DNA of 50,259 nucleotides from a virus (Duplodnaviria > Caudoviricetes): the IMG/VR virus record IMGVR_UViG_3300009424_000023, positions 1-50,259 of that record; one strand, given 5' to 3'. The position numbers were made by a program, and so were the translations under genes. Position 1 is the first letter of the stretch; every line of letters starts with the position of its first letter. Of this stretch, positions 35,357-44,547 are shown piece after piece. The notes under the pieces were generated by a model that saw nothing but the letters and a program-made list of their open reading frames with translations, was not told where the DNA came from and did no database searches.

Positions 35357-38300
35357 CAAAAAAGCGACTCATTAGCTTGGGACACCTTGCGCTGATGCAA
35401 GAATGCCGCCAAACCAGTGTCATCAAGCCCCTCGAATGAACTGCTCATCAACTCGCGCAAGGCGTATTTTGTTTTCAGACGCTCCCGCGCATTGCGCTCA
35501 CTTGGGTGATCGGCGACCAAATCCATGAGCTCTACATCATTCTTTTGCCCAATGCGGTGAATTCGTCCCGCCCTTTGCGCATGTGTCATGGCCGTCATGG
35601 GACTGTCAAACTGCGTCAGCCACTGGCCTGACTGCAAGTTCGCCCCGGTTGCCCCAGCATCCGATGCAACCATGATGTCGTGCGTGCGGTCGCCCTTATC
35701 AGGATTGAACCCGCGAATCTTGGCTGATTTATCGACGGATGAATCGGCCCCAGTCAGCGTCATGACGCGGTGTCCATCTTTTTCGAGACGCGCTTTGATG
35801 TTCTGCACCGCCTCCAATGAGTGCGCGAATACCACGCCCGGCTTTCCCTTGCGCTCATTGGCGATGCTGGCAAGAGCATCAATCTTGGCCGAATCAGGGC
35901 TCGAATCAAGAATTGCCCGGACAGCAGAGCCCTTGATGATGCCGATGCTGGACGATAGCTCTTTGGCAATCGCCTCGTGCTCAGACTCAGGCGCATCTTT
36001 GAAGTGCTCAGGTGAGATTGCTTTCATCGCCTCGACATCAACCTTGCCCTCCATGCGCGCCATCCGCACGCGACCTAGATTCTTGTCCAGATCGGAAAGC
36101 GCCTTGATTTGGGATTCGGTTGGCTTTACTGCAATCTCTTTCTTGTCCGCACGTATCTTTGGTTCAATCTTGAATGGCAACACATGCCGGATAAGCTCGC
36201 GCTTCAACGCATCCTGCGCGCCTTGAGTATTCACGCCGTACCGGCGCATGAATGCCGCCGTGTCGCCGTAACGCTTGGGATCCATCTTTTTCATGATGTC
36301 AGCCGCCTCGGATAGGTCATTCTTGATGACATCGGCGGTGCTATGAATATAGAACTCGCTATTGGCAGACACAGAATCAACCACATTCGCCATTGCGGAA
36401 TTCTCTTTTCCCGCACGATTGAGCGTGTTGTGCGCTTCATCGGCAGCCAGAAAGTCGTAATTGATACCCTCTTTTGCCATCACTCCCTTCATCCACGCGC
36501 TACGCTGCTCGGGCTGCATTGCCTCAAGACGCGCACTCATTGATGCCGCGTCAACGCCCGCATGTTGCGCGCCAAGGTGGAGCATGTCATCGCGGAAAGA
36601 CTGGTGCGTCATAACCGTGAAGTGATGCTTAGGGTCTTTGTATGCGGCAATTCGCTCGTCGCGCGAAGCGCCCGGCTCACAGTGCCAGCTATATTTGCCA
36701 GGCTCCATGAAGCGCAGCGCCTCAGCGCCGATCTGCCCTTGAACAATTGACGGAACAAGGAATAGACCGCGCTTTGCCTTGCCTTGAGATTGCAGGTGCG
36801 AGAATGCCCCAAGCATCATTGCCGTTTTTCCGGCTCCGGTACCAGCCGCCAGCGCCACGCGCTTATTTTTCTCAATGATCTTGATCGCCCGTTGTCGCAT
36901 CACCCCATCGGGGCCCGACATCGTTGGGCTGAACAATTTCAGCGGGCGTCCCGGCTTAAAGTTTTGCCCGACAACGGGCATCATTGCCGCAATGGTGCGC
37001 TCGGCAGCATGGCCTAACGTGTAACGTTCATCGGAAGATAGTGGTTTTTCAGCCTTGGCAGGCGTGTCGCCAAACATGTCAGGCTCTTGCTCGGTAGAGA
37101 AAAATCCCATTTGCGACTGGTTGAACGCTTCCTGCTCTTCCCTCGCGGCATCGAGCTTGTCACTCACACTACCGGCGGCATATTTCCCTTGGCTACGCTC
37201 GCGCAGGCCGTCGATCAATGCACGTTCTTTTGCTTCACGGGCTAACCTTGCCTTGGGGTCAACTGCGTCTAGGTGGTTCAAGTTGTTGCGCACCACTTGC
37301 CGCCCCAGCTTCAGCGGCGCGTTTGGATTGAGCTTGTTGTAATTCTCATGGAATGACTGCCCGACTTTCGAGCGGATTAAATCTTGCACCGACGCATAGG
37401 CATTTTCGTGCCCGTGCATGGCATCGGCATACTTCGCCCACGTCAGGGAAGATGCATTCACCTCTTCTGCCAGAGCGTCACGCTGGGATTTCCATGCCTG
37501 CCATTCTGGGTTTGAGGTTGTTTCGCCAAACATATCCCGAACTTCTTTTTCAGGCTCAATGTGCGCCATGCCGTCAAGGCGCTCGCGCAATATCTCGGCC
37601 TCGTCACTCTCATGGGCCACATTGGCATGAAAGAACTTGCGCAATGTCTGTTGATCGTCGGTTGTGAGTTCGCCAATCGGCTTGTATGCGGCTATACCTT
37701 CCGGGGTATCGGATAACGCGCGGTGTAGCGCATCTTGTGCCACGGCATCAGATTCGAAGTTTTGCCGCTGTATGGTCGCGATCTTTCCGCCGTACTCACG
37801 CTGCACAAAGCTATCGGCATAGTCATTGAACACGCCAGCCAAGTCTTCATTCCGCAGTAGCTTGCCGTCCTTGTCAGTACGAGCCGCGACTTCATCCAGT
37901 GCTTCGCGATAGGCTTCCGTATTACCCGACTTCTGAAAAAAGTCTGCCGACTGCAAGTCTTCAACTATCGCATCAGGCGAATCGCCATCCGCCGCACGAC
38001 CGCCGATGTAATCCCTGATTGATTGCCGCATATCGCCTGATGGCTTGAACGGTCTGGCAAGTGTCGCGGCCACGCCGGGCTTTAAGTCCAACGCCAAGTC
38101 TGGCCGCTTCGCAAATCCTTGCGGCAACCAGTCATCCTCATCATGCTCACCGTTAAGGATGGCGAGCGTATTTCGCGTGCGGTCAAGCTCTTCGCGATCA
38201 ACTGGCTTTGCCAGGCGGTCTAATCCGTCCGGCGTAATGGTCAACACCTGATTGCCGGCCACCCGGTCTATTGAGTAATCGCCACGCTGCAATCCGATGG

Positions 38301-41163
38301 CGCGCACCTGCCTAATTGCATCTTCGTCAGATACCTTGCCAAGCGGCACTTCCATCGACTTATCGGAGCGCCCGCCCTTGAGCGCCGTGACCAGCGCCGC
38401 ATTGGCTTCCATTTCGCCCAGCGCCGTCCCGAGTATCTTGTGCGCCTGTTCAACAGCCGCTTTTCGACGATGTAGCAACTCTCGCGCCGCTTCAAAATCA
38501 GCGCCGTGACTGGCTTCTCCAAGCCCGATTTCCTTCGCAGCATCGTGCAACTCTTGCGCTTCCTGCATGGCCTCTTTCGAGGTTTCCATGTAGTGATGCA
38601 GGTGAAAATCTTCCATGCCAGACGTCAACTTGTCCATTTCATCGGCTGGTAGATCGGCGTGTAAGCGGCGCGCCAATACCTGCGCCGCCCCCTCAACACC
38701 AAGCACATCGACAACAGAGCGGTCTATCAGCGCAGCGCCACCAGCAGTAAGCGCCAAGGCGTTGATCGAGTTGAATGCGCCAGCACCGATATGTCGGCGC
38801 ATTGCCTTTTCTGGCTCGTCCGCCTCTTTGTCTATCGTGGACAGGAATGCCTTGGTGCGGATGGTGCGCAAGTCATTCTCAATATCGGCCTGAATGTCAG
38901 AATCTTCCGGTGCGGACACCTCAAGGTTGTACGCCTTGACCTCTTTTGCCTCGTCAATGTCTTTGTTCGCTGCTTGAGCGGCCTTTTGCACCGCCTTCCA
39001 TTCCTTTTGAGCTTTGATGAGCTCAACCGCATCTGATGCGGATGCCAGCGTAGCTTTGATGCTTGATGCTATCGGTTCACGAATCGTCTCAAGCTCAGAC
39101 TTGATCTGCCGGGCAGTATCGCCACGCGCTTTAATCGCAGATCGTTGCGCCTCCGACATGATCGACTGCCTTGATTCTTTCTTCCCGGCAGCCTCTTGCT
39201 GAATTTCCTCTTGCGTTGCCCCGTTGGCGGCAGCACGTTCCGCGTAGTGCGCTGAGAATCCAAGCCCGCTCATGCTCTGAGGGTGCGCATCATCCAAGTC
39301 TGAAATATTGAGTTTGGCAGAATCTGAATGCTCATTCGGCTCAACCGATACGCCGCCCGCCTCTTCGCGCGCCATCGCGTCAGTCAGCAAGTTCTGATGC
39401 TGTAACTCGACAGCCGCATTAGCCCGTTTCAGTAGTTCGCTATGGTGGCGGTGTTCAATCTTTTGCTTTGTGGCATCGGATACGTTTTCAGGTATCTTGG
39501 GCTCAAGGTCTTCCGCCTTCCACCCCATCTTGTCGGCAACTTTTTGCACGAAAGCCTTGTCGGCCATTCGCCTTTGCGACTGCACGGACTCGCGCGCCTG
39601 TTTTTTGCCGTGATCGATACCCAGTTCTTTATCTCGCGCACGCTGTTGTTTTTTCGCATCGCGCTTAGTCTTTGCGCTTTCCGCTGCGTGCTCTTTGTAG
39701 CTGGACTCTGGTTTAAGCCCGCGCAACTTGAGGTAGTTCAGCTTGCCGCCGGCCCCGCCGATGACGTGAAATACTCCCGAGCCATGCTGCGCCTCCTGCA
39801 CCATCACGGGCACACCAGTCGAGCCAGCGCCGTTTGGGTGAACAGTGATCCAGCGTTGACCAGGCGCAAGCGCCTTAACCAGAAGGTCATCATCAACGAA
39901 TGAAAACTGCGCACCAGTAAGTTCGTGGCGATTGCCATTTGGGAAAATCAGGCTGATCGACTTAATCATCCGCCCATTAGCAGCCTTCGCTTTTTCGACA
40001 AAGGCATCCACTGGAATGGCGGTGATCGGCCCAAGGAAACGCGGGTCATCATAGTGCTTGAGATAAGCGGCGCGGGCATCATCTTCCGATGCAAAGTTCA
40101 ACATGCACTTGTCTTCATCGTAGTGCGCCCAGTCGCCATACTTGCGCTGATGCACCACATAGACTGTATCGGCATTCTCATCAGGGCCGATGTACACATC
40201 AACCTGATCACCATCGCTTCCCTCGGTCGAATTGATGTACCCGTATGCGAAAAGCATCTTGGTTTTCCAGCCATTACCTTTGCGGATAGATCCGGGCTCG
40301 TTTTCAATCGAGATAGTCAGCCCGTGCCATGCCATCTTTCGCTTGGCATAGTTTCCGGCCTCGGCCTGCGCTGGAGTAGGAGTCTCTGTTAATTCACCCC
40401 CATCTATCGCCTTGACCAATTCGGCCAAATAGCGGATAGTGTCGTCTTGGGGCCAGCCAATACCTGTGTGTGCCCCGCCAAGCTCGAAAGAGCCTGCCAA
40501 TGGCGTGCAGTGCAAATTGGTAAACATGGTGGAATCATCGGTTTGCAATGATGATTCAAACGAAGCCCCAACAGACTTCCTGATTGGGGATTCGACTTTT
40601 TTGACTTCAATTCCACGCATCTTGGCTGGCCTGTATCCTCCCTTATCAGATGGCGCAGTTAATCTCTTGAATTCATCGTGTGGCCAATAATGATATGAGC
40701 GGAAGCGATACTCTTTTTCGTCAGGACGCCATTCCAAAACAACCACATCGTGATCGCCATGCACAACACGTTCTATAAATAAATCTCTTGAACCGTTTTC
40801 AAGCACAACACCAGGGTTAGCCAGCGTATCAATGATCGCGCTCATACGCTGTGCGCGCTCAGGCCAAAATACGCGCTTTTCATTTACCGTCTTTGTATAA
40901 GCGTGCCATTGGTTATCATTCATATTAACCCTGACACGACGCAAGCCGCCTTTACGCTTAATAACTATCGACCAATTACCGGCAATATGATCGGCGTAAT
41001 ACTGCTTCGCTTCAGACAATGATTGAATATGAGAAGAAGGAGGCAACCATGCTGAATAATCGCCATCAACAGGGGCTGATATAAACCTGCCAGTTGTTTT
41101 GGCGTGGTATGGATTGCCTTGAGATTTGGCAAGCGTAAGAGAATCGAAGTCGGTAGCATTCAT
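35356..41163 (-). CDS. Polyvalent protein: PBECR-like nuclease + inorganic pyrophosphatase-like domain + SF2/SNF2 helicase
   Basis: Start reassigned to MNATDF (1935 aa); HAYTK...ERAQRM..I.DTL.NP; AGNYAK...ISIEN..GS.R...YGYI...G.DGD.VDVYIG...DEDK; AGTGAGKT, DEAH, GANLQ, QRAGRIHRIGQ. Confidence 0.8.
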   Translation of the reverse strand: MNATDFDSLTLAKSQGNPYHAKTTGRFISAPVDGDYSAWLPPSSHIQSLSEAKQYYADHIAGNWSIVIKRKGGLRRVRVNMNDNQWHAYTKTVNEKRVFWPERAQRMSAIIDTLANPGVVLENGSRDLFIERVVHGDHDVVVLEWRPDEKEYRFRSYHYWPHDEFKRLTAPSDKGGYRPAKMRGIEVKKVESPIRKSVGASFESSLQTDDSTMFTNLHCTPLAGSFELGGAHTGIGWPQDDTIRYLAELVKAIDGGELTETPTPAQAEAGNYAKRKMAWHGLTISIENEPGSIRKGNGWKTKMLFAYGYINSTEGSDGDQVDVYIGPDENADTVYVVHQRKYGDWAHYDEDKCMLNFASEDDARAAYLKHYDDPRFLGPITAIPVDAFVEKAKAANGRMIKSISLIFPNGNRHELTGAQFSFVDDDLLVKALAPGQRWITVHPNGAGSTGVPVMVQEAQHGSGVFHVIGGAGGKLNYLKLRGLKPESSYKEHAAESAKTKRDAKKQQRARDKELGIDHGKKQARESVQSQRRMADKAFVQKVADKMGWKAEDLEPKIPENVSDATKQKIEHRHHSELLKRANAAVELQHQNLLTDAMAREEAGGVSVEPNEHSDSAKLNISDLDDAHPQSMSGLGFSAHYAERAAANGATQEEIQQEAAGKKESRQSIMSEAQRSAIKARGDTARQIKSELETIREPIASSIKATLASASDAVELIKAQKEWKAVQKAAQAANKDIDEAKEVKAYNLEVSAPEDSDIQADIENDLRTIRTKAFLSTIDKEADEPEKAMRRHIGAGAFNSINALALTAGGAALIDRSVVDVLGVEGAAQVLARRLHADLPADEMDKLTSGMEDFHLHHYMETSKEAMQEAQELHDAAKEIGLGEASHGADFEAARELLHRRKAAVEQAHKILGTALGEMEANAALVTALKGGRSDKSMEVPLGKVSDEDAIRQVRAIGLQRGDYSIDRVAGNQVLTITPDGLDRLAKPVDREELDRTRNTLAILNGEHDEDDWLPQGFAKRPDLALDLKPGVAATLARPFKPSGDMRQSIRDYIGGRAADGDSPDAIVEDLQSADFFQKSGNTEAYREALDEVAARTDKDGKLLRNEDLAGVFNDYADSFVQREYGGKIATIQRQNFESDAVAQDALHRALSDTPEGIAAYKPIGELTTDDQQTLRKFFHANVAHESDEAEILRERLDGMAHIEPEKEVRDMFGETTSNPEWQAWKSQRDALAEEVNASSLTWAKYADAMHGHENAYASVQDLIRSKVGQSFHENYNKLNPNAPLKLGRQVVRNNLNHLDAVDPKARLAREAKERALIDGLRERSQGKYAAGSVSDKLDAAREEQEAFNQSQMGFFSTEQEPDMFGDTPAKAEKPLSSDERYTLGHAAERTIAAMMPVVGQNFKPGRPLKLFSPTMSGPDGVMRQRAIKIIEKNKRVALAAGTGAGKTAMMLGAFSHLQSQGKAKRGLFLVPSIVQGQIGAEALRFMEPGKYSWHCEPGASRDERIAAYKDPKHHFTVMTHQSFRDDMLHLGAQHAGVDAASMSARLEAMQPEQRSAWMKGVMAKEGINYDFLAADEAHNTLNRAGKENSAMANVVDSVSANSEFYIHSTADVIKNDLSEAADIMKKMDPKRYGDTAAFMRRYGVNTQGAQDALKRELIRHVLPFKIEPKIRADKKEIAVKPTESQIKALSDLDKNLGRVRMARMEGKVDVEAMKAISPEHFKDAPESEHEAIAKELSSSIGIIKGSAVRAILDSSPDSAKIDALASIANERKGKPGVVFAHSLEAVQNIKARLEKDGHRVMTLTGADSSVDKSAKIRGFNPDKGDRTHDIMVASDAGATGANLQSGQWLTQFDSPMTAMTHAQRAGRIHRIGQKNDVELMDLVADHPSERNARERLKTKYALRELMSSSFEGLDDTGLAAFLHQRKVSQANESLF
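40412..40440 (+). promoter_or_regulatory. Antisense sigma70-like promoter inside polyvalent gene
   Basis: TTGACC-N17-GATAGT. Confidence 0.55.
40447..40602 (+). ncRNA. Candidate structured antisense small RNA
   Basis: Between promoter and terminator; hairpins GCTC-GAAA-GAGC within CGCCA/TGGCG, GAATCATC/GATGATTC, terminator CGAAGCCCCAA...TTGGGGATTCG-AC-TTTTTT. Confidence 0.55.
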
Positions 41164-41170
41164 GCCGCCC

Positions 41171-41186
41171 ATAGTGAAGTCACGAC
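41171..41186 (-). promoter_or_regulatory. Putative late promoter for polyvalent gene
   Basis: GTCGTGAC-ttcActaT-gggcggc-ATG(41163), 15-nt spacing. Confidence 0.7.
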
Positions 41187-41191
41187 ACTGG

Positions 41192-42016
41192 CTAGGTTGC
41201 GCCAACAAAGTCCCTGAAAAATTCACCTCTTACCCAATGCGCGCGGTGTTTTTCCATTATATCGGCCTCATACCGTCCGGCATCATTTACCTGGCACTTC
41301 AATAGCAGTTGCCCAGATTGCCCGAACTGATTTGTAAAATGGCGGAACCTATCGTTATGATCCTCGCTTGTCGTGCTCCCGAACTTCAATAGTCCGTTGC
41401 TCATTTTTGCGATGTAAAACCATCCAGGCTTCCCAGAGGTTTTACCGCTCTTCGCCAATTTGATGTTTGTTGCTGGGCTTGCTCTATATTTGCGGGTCAA
41501 CCCGTCCGACATTTTCTTGCAGTGCTCTTGCGTCATTTTTCGCTTTGACCACGGAGCATTTCCGTTTTGTTGCCACGCGCTGATTCGCCCTCGCGTTTCT
41601 TCGGAGACTTCCCTTCCGGTCATGCGGATACGCGTCTTCTCTATCGCGCAACACATCAACCCCTTGCCATCAGAGATTATGCCTCTTGCCATAACCTCGA
41701 AGGTTTTGCCGTGAGCTGGACATTTAACGGTGATTTTATTGTCTGTTCCGCGATATTCGCCAACCAACTCATAACCCAGCGCGGCAATGCGCTTCCGCAC
41801 TTCCTCAACAGTCAATGCCGAGCTCTCAATGCCACAGCATTTCATGCCCTGCCCACGGAATATATTGGCTGGCATTACTTCATCCACAAAGCCATGGCGC
41901 TTGCATTCGACAGCAACTTTGGTATGCGCATTCTTGTAGCTGGCACGCAACACAAACCCATGCGCCACGAACCTCGCTTCAGCCTCGAATTGCGTCAATT
42001 TTTTACCGGCTGCCAT
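41192..42016 (-). CDS. Free-standing homing-endonuclease-like protein (Zn-ribbon repeats, NUMOD3-like, GIY-YIG/T5orf172-like)
   Basis: Start MAAGKK with SD AAGGA; two C..HG...G..CC repeats; VSEETRGRIS; WFYIAK...KFGST...R...E...GEFF. Confidence 0.7.
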   Translation of the reverse strand: MAAGKKLTQFEAEARFVAHGFVLRASYKNAHTKVAVECKRHGFVDEVMPANIFRGQGMKCCGIESSALTVEEVRKRIAALGYELVGEYRGTDNKITVKCPAHGKTFEVMARGIISDGKGLMCCAIEKTRIRMTGREVSEETRGRISAWQQNGNAPWSKRKMTQEHCKKMSDGLTRKYRASPATNIKLAKSGKTSGKPGWFYIAKMSNGLLKFGSTTSEDHNDRFRHFTNQFGQSGQLLLKCQVNDAGRYEADIMEKHRAHWVRGEFFRDFVGAT

Positions 42017-42018
42017 GC

Positions 42019-43182
42019 CTATCCTTTCTTTTTGGCAAAATGCTCTTTTAGCCACTCCGAGAACTTGGGGTCGTCGTTTGGTTTCGCCGATGCAACCTCG
42101 ACAAACCGCCCCCTGCAATGCGGGTGTATTGCCCCTGGAACAATCTTTGCCAATTCAGAATCGCCACGCTTAACCAACTGACCGCCAACTCGCCTATACG
42201 GGGATGATGAACGGGTGTGATTATCCTTGCCAGACCAGACCTCAGTATCCCAGTTTTTATTGGGCTTGTCAGGCGGCACAACCGTCATGATTGTGCCATC
42301 GATCTTGCGGCAGAAGTCACACGCACCGGCATATTGCTCCATGCGTTTTACCTTCGTTCCCGCTTTGAGCGAACCGATGAACCCGTTTCCGCTCATGTTG
42401 GCGGCCTCGGTGAGCGCAATTCTGCGCCAATCCTTGTTGAGTACAGCGAATTCGTCCAGCAACTTTCCTTCCAAGTTGCGCTTCGCCATTGCCGACGGCA
42501 CGCCTTCGAACTCTTCTTTCTTCCAGTTGACCACCGCAAGCTTCATTCTGACGCGCGACGACTCAGTTACGTTCGCCACATACTGACAGCAACGGTGTTG
42601 CCCAAAGTCTATGGCGGCCTTTTGCGCCGATGTCATGCCGAAATCGCGTTGGATTATATTGAGATCAACAGGCATTTTCGCCGCCGCTGCGCCAGCCGCG
42701 ACCGCCGCCATTTCCGGCATGTGCTTTTGAACCCGCCCCATCATGGATGCGCGAGTGACTTGCCACTTGGCATCGTCCATCATCACATCCTGGGGAAGGT
42801 ATTTCTGGACAAGGTAATCGACGACCATCATCCAGTCATCAAGGGTAAATACCTCCGGTGGGAGCGCTTCAAGGTACAGCTTGGCACCTTCAAGCTCATC
42901 TTTTCCCCAGCGGACAAACATCTTTGGCTTGGGAACAGGTGTTTTGCTCGGCTTGTGAAAGCCGCCCTTAATCCACTTCATCAGCTCGGCGAGAATCTTG
43001 CCAAGGCGATCTAGCCCGAACGATGTCCACTTCTCGATGAGATCACGAATAAATGGCGACTCATGAGGACGCCAAATGTCGTGGTCATCATCATGCAGCG
43101 CCTTGTGCATGTCTTCCAGAACAGAATCAGATGCGCAGCAGGACAGCGGGCCGATGTCGATAAGCAGAGGGGTTCTATTCAT
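42019..43182 (-). CDS. MuF/SPP1 gp7-like minor head morphogenesis protein
   Basis: WRRIALTE, ACDFC...DG, IHPHCRG. Confidence 0.85.
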   Translation of the reverse strand: MNRTPLLIDIGPLSCCASDSVLEDMHKALHDDDHDIWRPHESPFIRDLIEKWTSFGLDRLGKILAELMKWIKGGFHKPSKTPVPKPKMFVRWGKDELEGAKLYLEALPPEVFTLDDWMMVVDYLVQKYLPQDVMMDDAKWQVTRASMMGRVQKHMPEMAAVAAGAAAAKMPVDLNIIQRDFGMTSAQKAAIDFGQHRCCQYVANVTESSRVRMKLAVVNWKKEEFEGVPSAMAKRNLEGKLLDEFAVLNKDWRRIALTEAANMSGNGFIGSLKAGTKVKRMEQYAGACDFCRKIDGTIMTVVPPDKPNKNWDTEVWSGKDNHTRSSSPYRRVGGQLVKRGDSELAKIVPGAIHPHCRGRFVEVASAKPNDDPKFSEWLKEHFAKKKG

Positions 43183-43200
43183 GTGGCCGTGGCAGCGTCA

Positions 43201-43869
43201 TCAATTAAACTCAACCCACGCCACGGAAATCATCAAGCGCCTATTGTTCGTAGTAACCGATGCCGCGTGCCAGATCACCACACCTTCACCAGGTCGCAGA
43301 ATAATCTCTTCGTGTTCCGATGTGACGTTAAAAGTATCAACCAACGGGTTCCGGCTCCCACCGGCGCCGACTGCCGAATCCATTGTTTGATAAAAATTCG
43401 CATCAATAGTAGCACCCAGCGACGCCACCGCAGTAGCCCAGGCATCAGCTACCTCGCCTTGATTGGTATTGAAGGTAGAGTCGATACTGGCCGGAGTTAT
43501 CAGCGCGCTGCTATTGATACCAGTGAAAGTAAAGCGGCTTAGACGTAACTCTCCGACCGCTTGATCTATCGCCGTTGCCGCAAACTGAGAGCGTATCTTG
43601 ATGTTGGAAATTTGCATCTTAATCGTTGATGCCACAGGGTTGTATAACCATAGGAACCCGGTCGTAATTCCATCTTGCGCATCAATTGGTACGATTGCCA
43701 CAGGGGATTGCGCCTTGAATACGCCAACAATATCCCGTTTATCAACGACTACGACCATATCCTCGTGTACGGTATTCGCGCCAATCACTCGCGTCTGTGT
43801 ACGTTTCATTTTTCCGCTATGCCATCTGTCTTCGGGGAGTTGTATTTTGCTCGCAACTGGGGCGGTCAT
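43201..43869 (-). CDS. Hypothetical beta-rich virion protein
   Basis: SD AGGAG; LYNPVAS, IILRPGEG, WVE C-terminus. Confidence 0.6.
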   Translation of the reverse strand: MTAPVASKIQLPEDRWHSGKMKRTQTRVIGANTVHEDMVVVVDKRDIVGVFKAQSPVAIVPIDAQDGITTGFLWLYNPVASTIKMQISNIKIRSQFAATAIDQAVGELRLSRFTFTGINSSALITPASIDSTFNTNQGEVADAWATAVASLGATIDANFYQTMDSAVGAGGSRNPLVDTFNVTSEHEEIILRPGEGVVIWHAASVTTNNRRLMISVAWVEFN

Positions 43870-43890
43870 AATTTGCTCCTGTTCGTTTGT

Positions 43891-44547
43891 TTAAAGTATT
43901 GAAATATCTTGCGGCTTGCGCGCCTCGGTAAGCGCAGCGATCAGAGCTTGATGCATGGCGGCCATGTCGCCATTTTTCTCGCTCATCATGGCAATGGCAG
44001 CGCACAATCCCTGAAACTGTGCGGCCTGACTGTCTTTGAGCTGGGCAATCGCGACCACAACATCGGTTGCCATTGCGGCCTGAGCACGAATCACCGCATC
44101 CAGTAAATTGCTCATGGTGCGCAGAGTTTCATTCAACGGGTGATTTTCTGGCGTGACTGGAACAGCAGGAACGCTAATCAGTGCCTTTTCTAGAGTTTCG
44201 GCATCGTCACTAGCGCCAAGATCATAATCCTCAATCTTGCCTCGCACGAAAACCCGCTTGCCGTTCTCGTCTTCCATGATCGAGCCGTCTTCACCGCGAT
44301 CAACGATAGTCATCTTGCGCTCAGCCCGAGCCCGGTGCGCGATGTAACCGCCCCACTCGACTTGATGCTCGCCGCCACCGTCAGCATCAACAAGCATTCC
44401 ATGCTTACCGATACCGGCCACCACGCCATGATGCGGGCCGCCATGTTCAGGATGCTTGTAATAAATGGAATCACCGGTCAGGACGCTTGGCTTGTTCGGC
44501 TCTTCGGCATCAGGCTTGATGCTGGTTACGGGCTTCAAATTCTTCAT
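43891..44547 (-). CDS. Portal-coupled hypothetical head protein
   Basis: ATGA overlap with portal; SH3-like N-terminal segment and C-terminal helical region. Confidence 0.65.
   Translation of the reverse strand: MKNLKPVTSIKPDAEEPNKPSVLTGDSIYYKHPEHGGPHHGVVAGIGKHGMLVDADGGGEHQVEWGGYIAHRARAERKMTIVDRGEDGSIMEDENGKRVFVRGKIEDYDLGASDDAETLEKALISVPAVPVTPENHPLNETLRTMSNLLDAVIRAQAAMATDVVVAIAQLKDSQAAQFQGLCAAIAMMSEKNGDMAAMHQALIAALTEARKPQDISIL

Noticed and set aside
41164-41226. ORF-track N-terminal extensions (also 14391-14459, 21726-21812, 42017-42118, 48936-49211)
   Set aside because: They overlap promoters, terminators or upstream genes; better starts with SD, coupling or promoter spacing lie downstream
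43183-43204. TTGATGAC 14 nt upstream of the MuF ATG as a 14th late promoter
   Set aside because: Three mismatches to the octamer, and lacks both the conserved A and T seen in all 13 accepted copies
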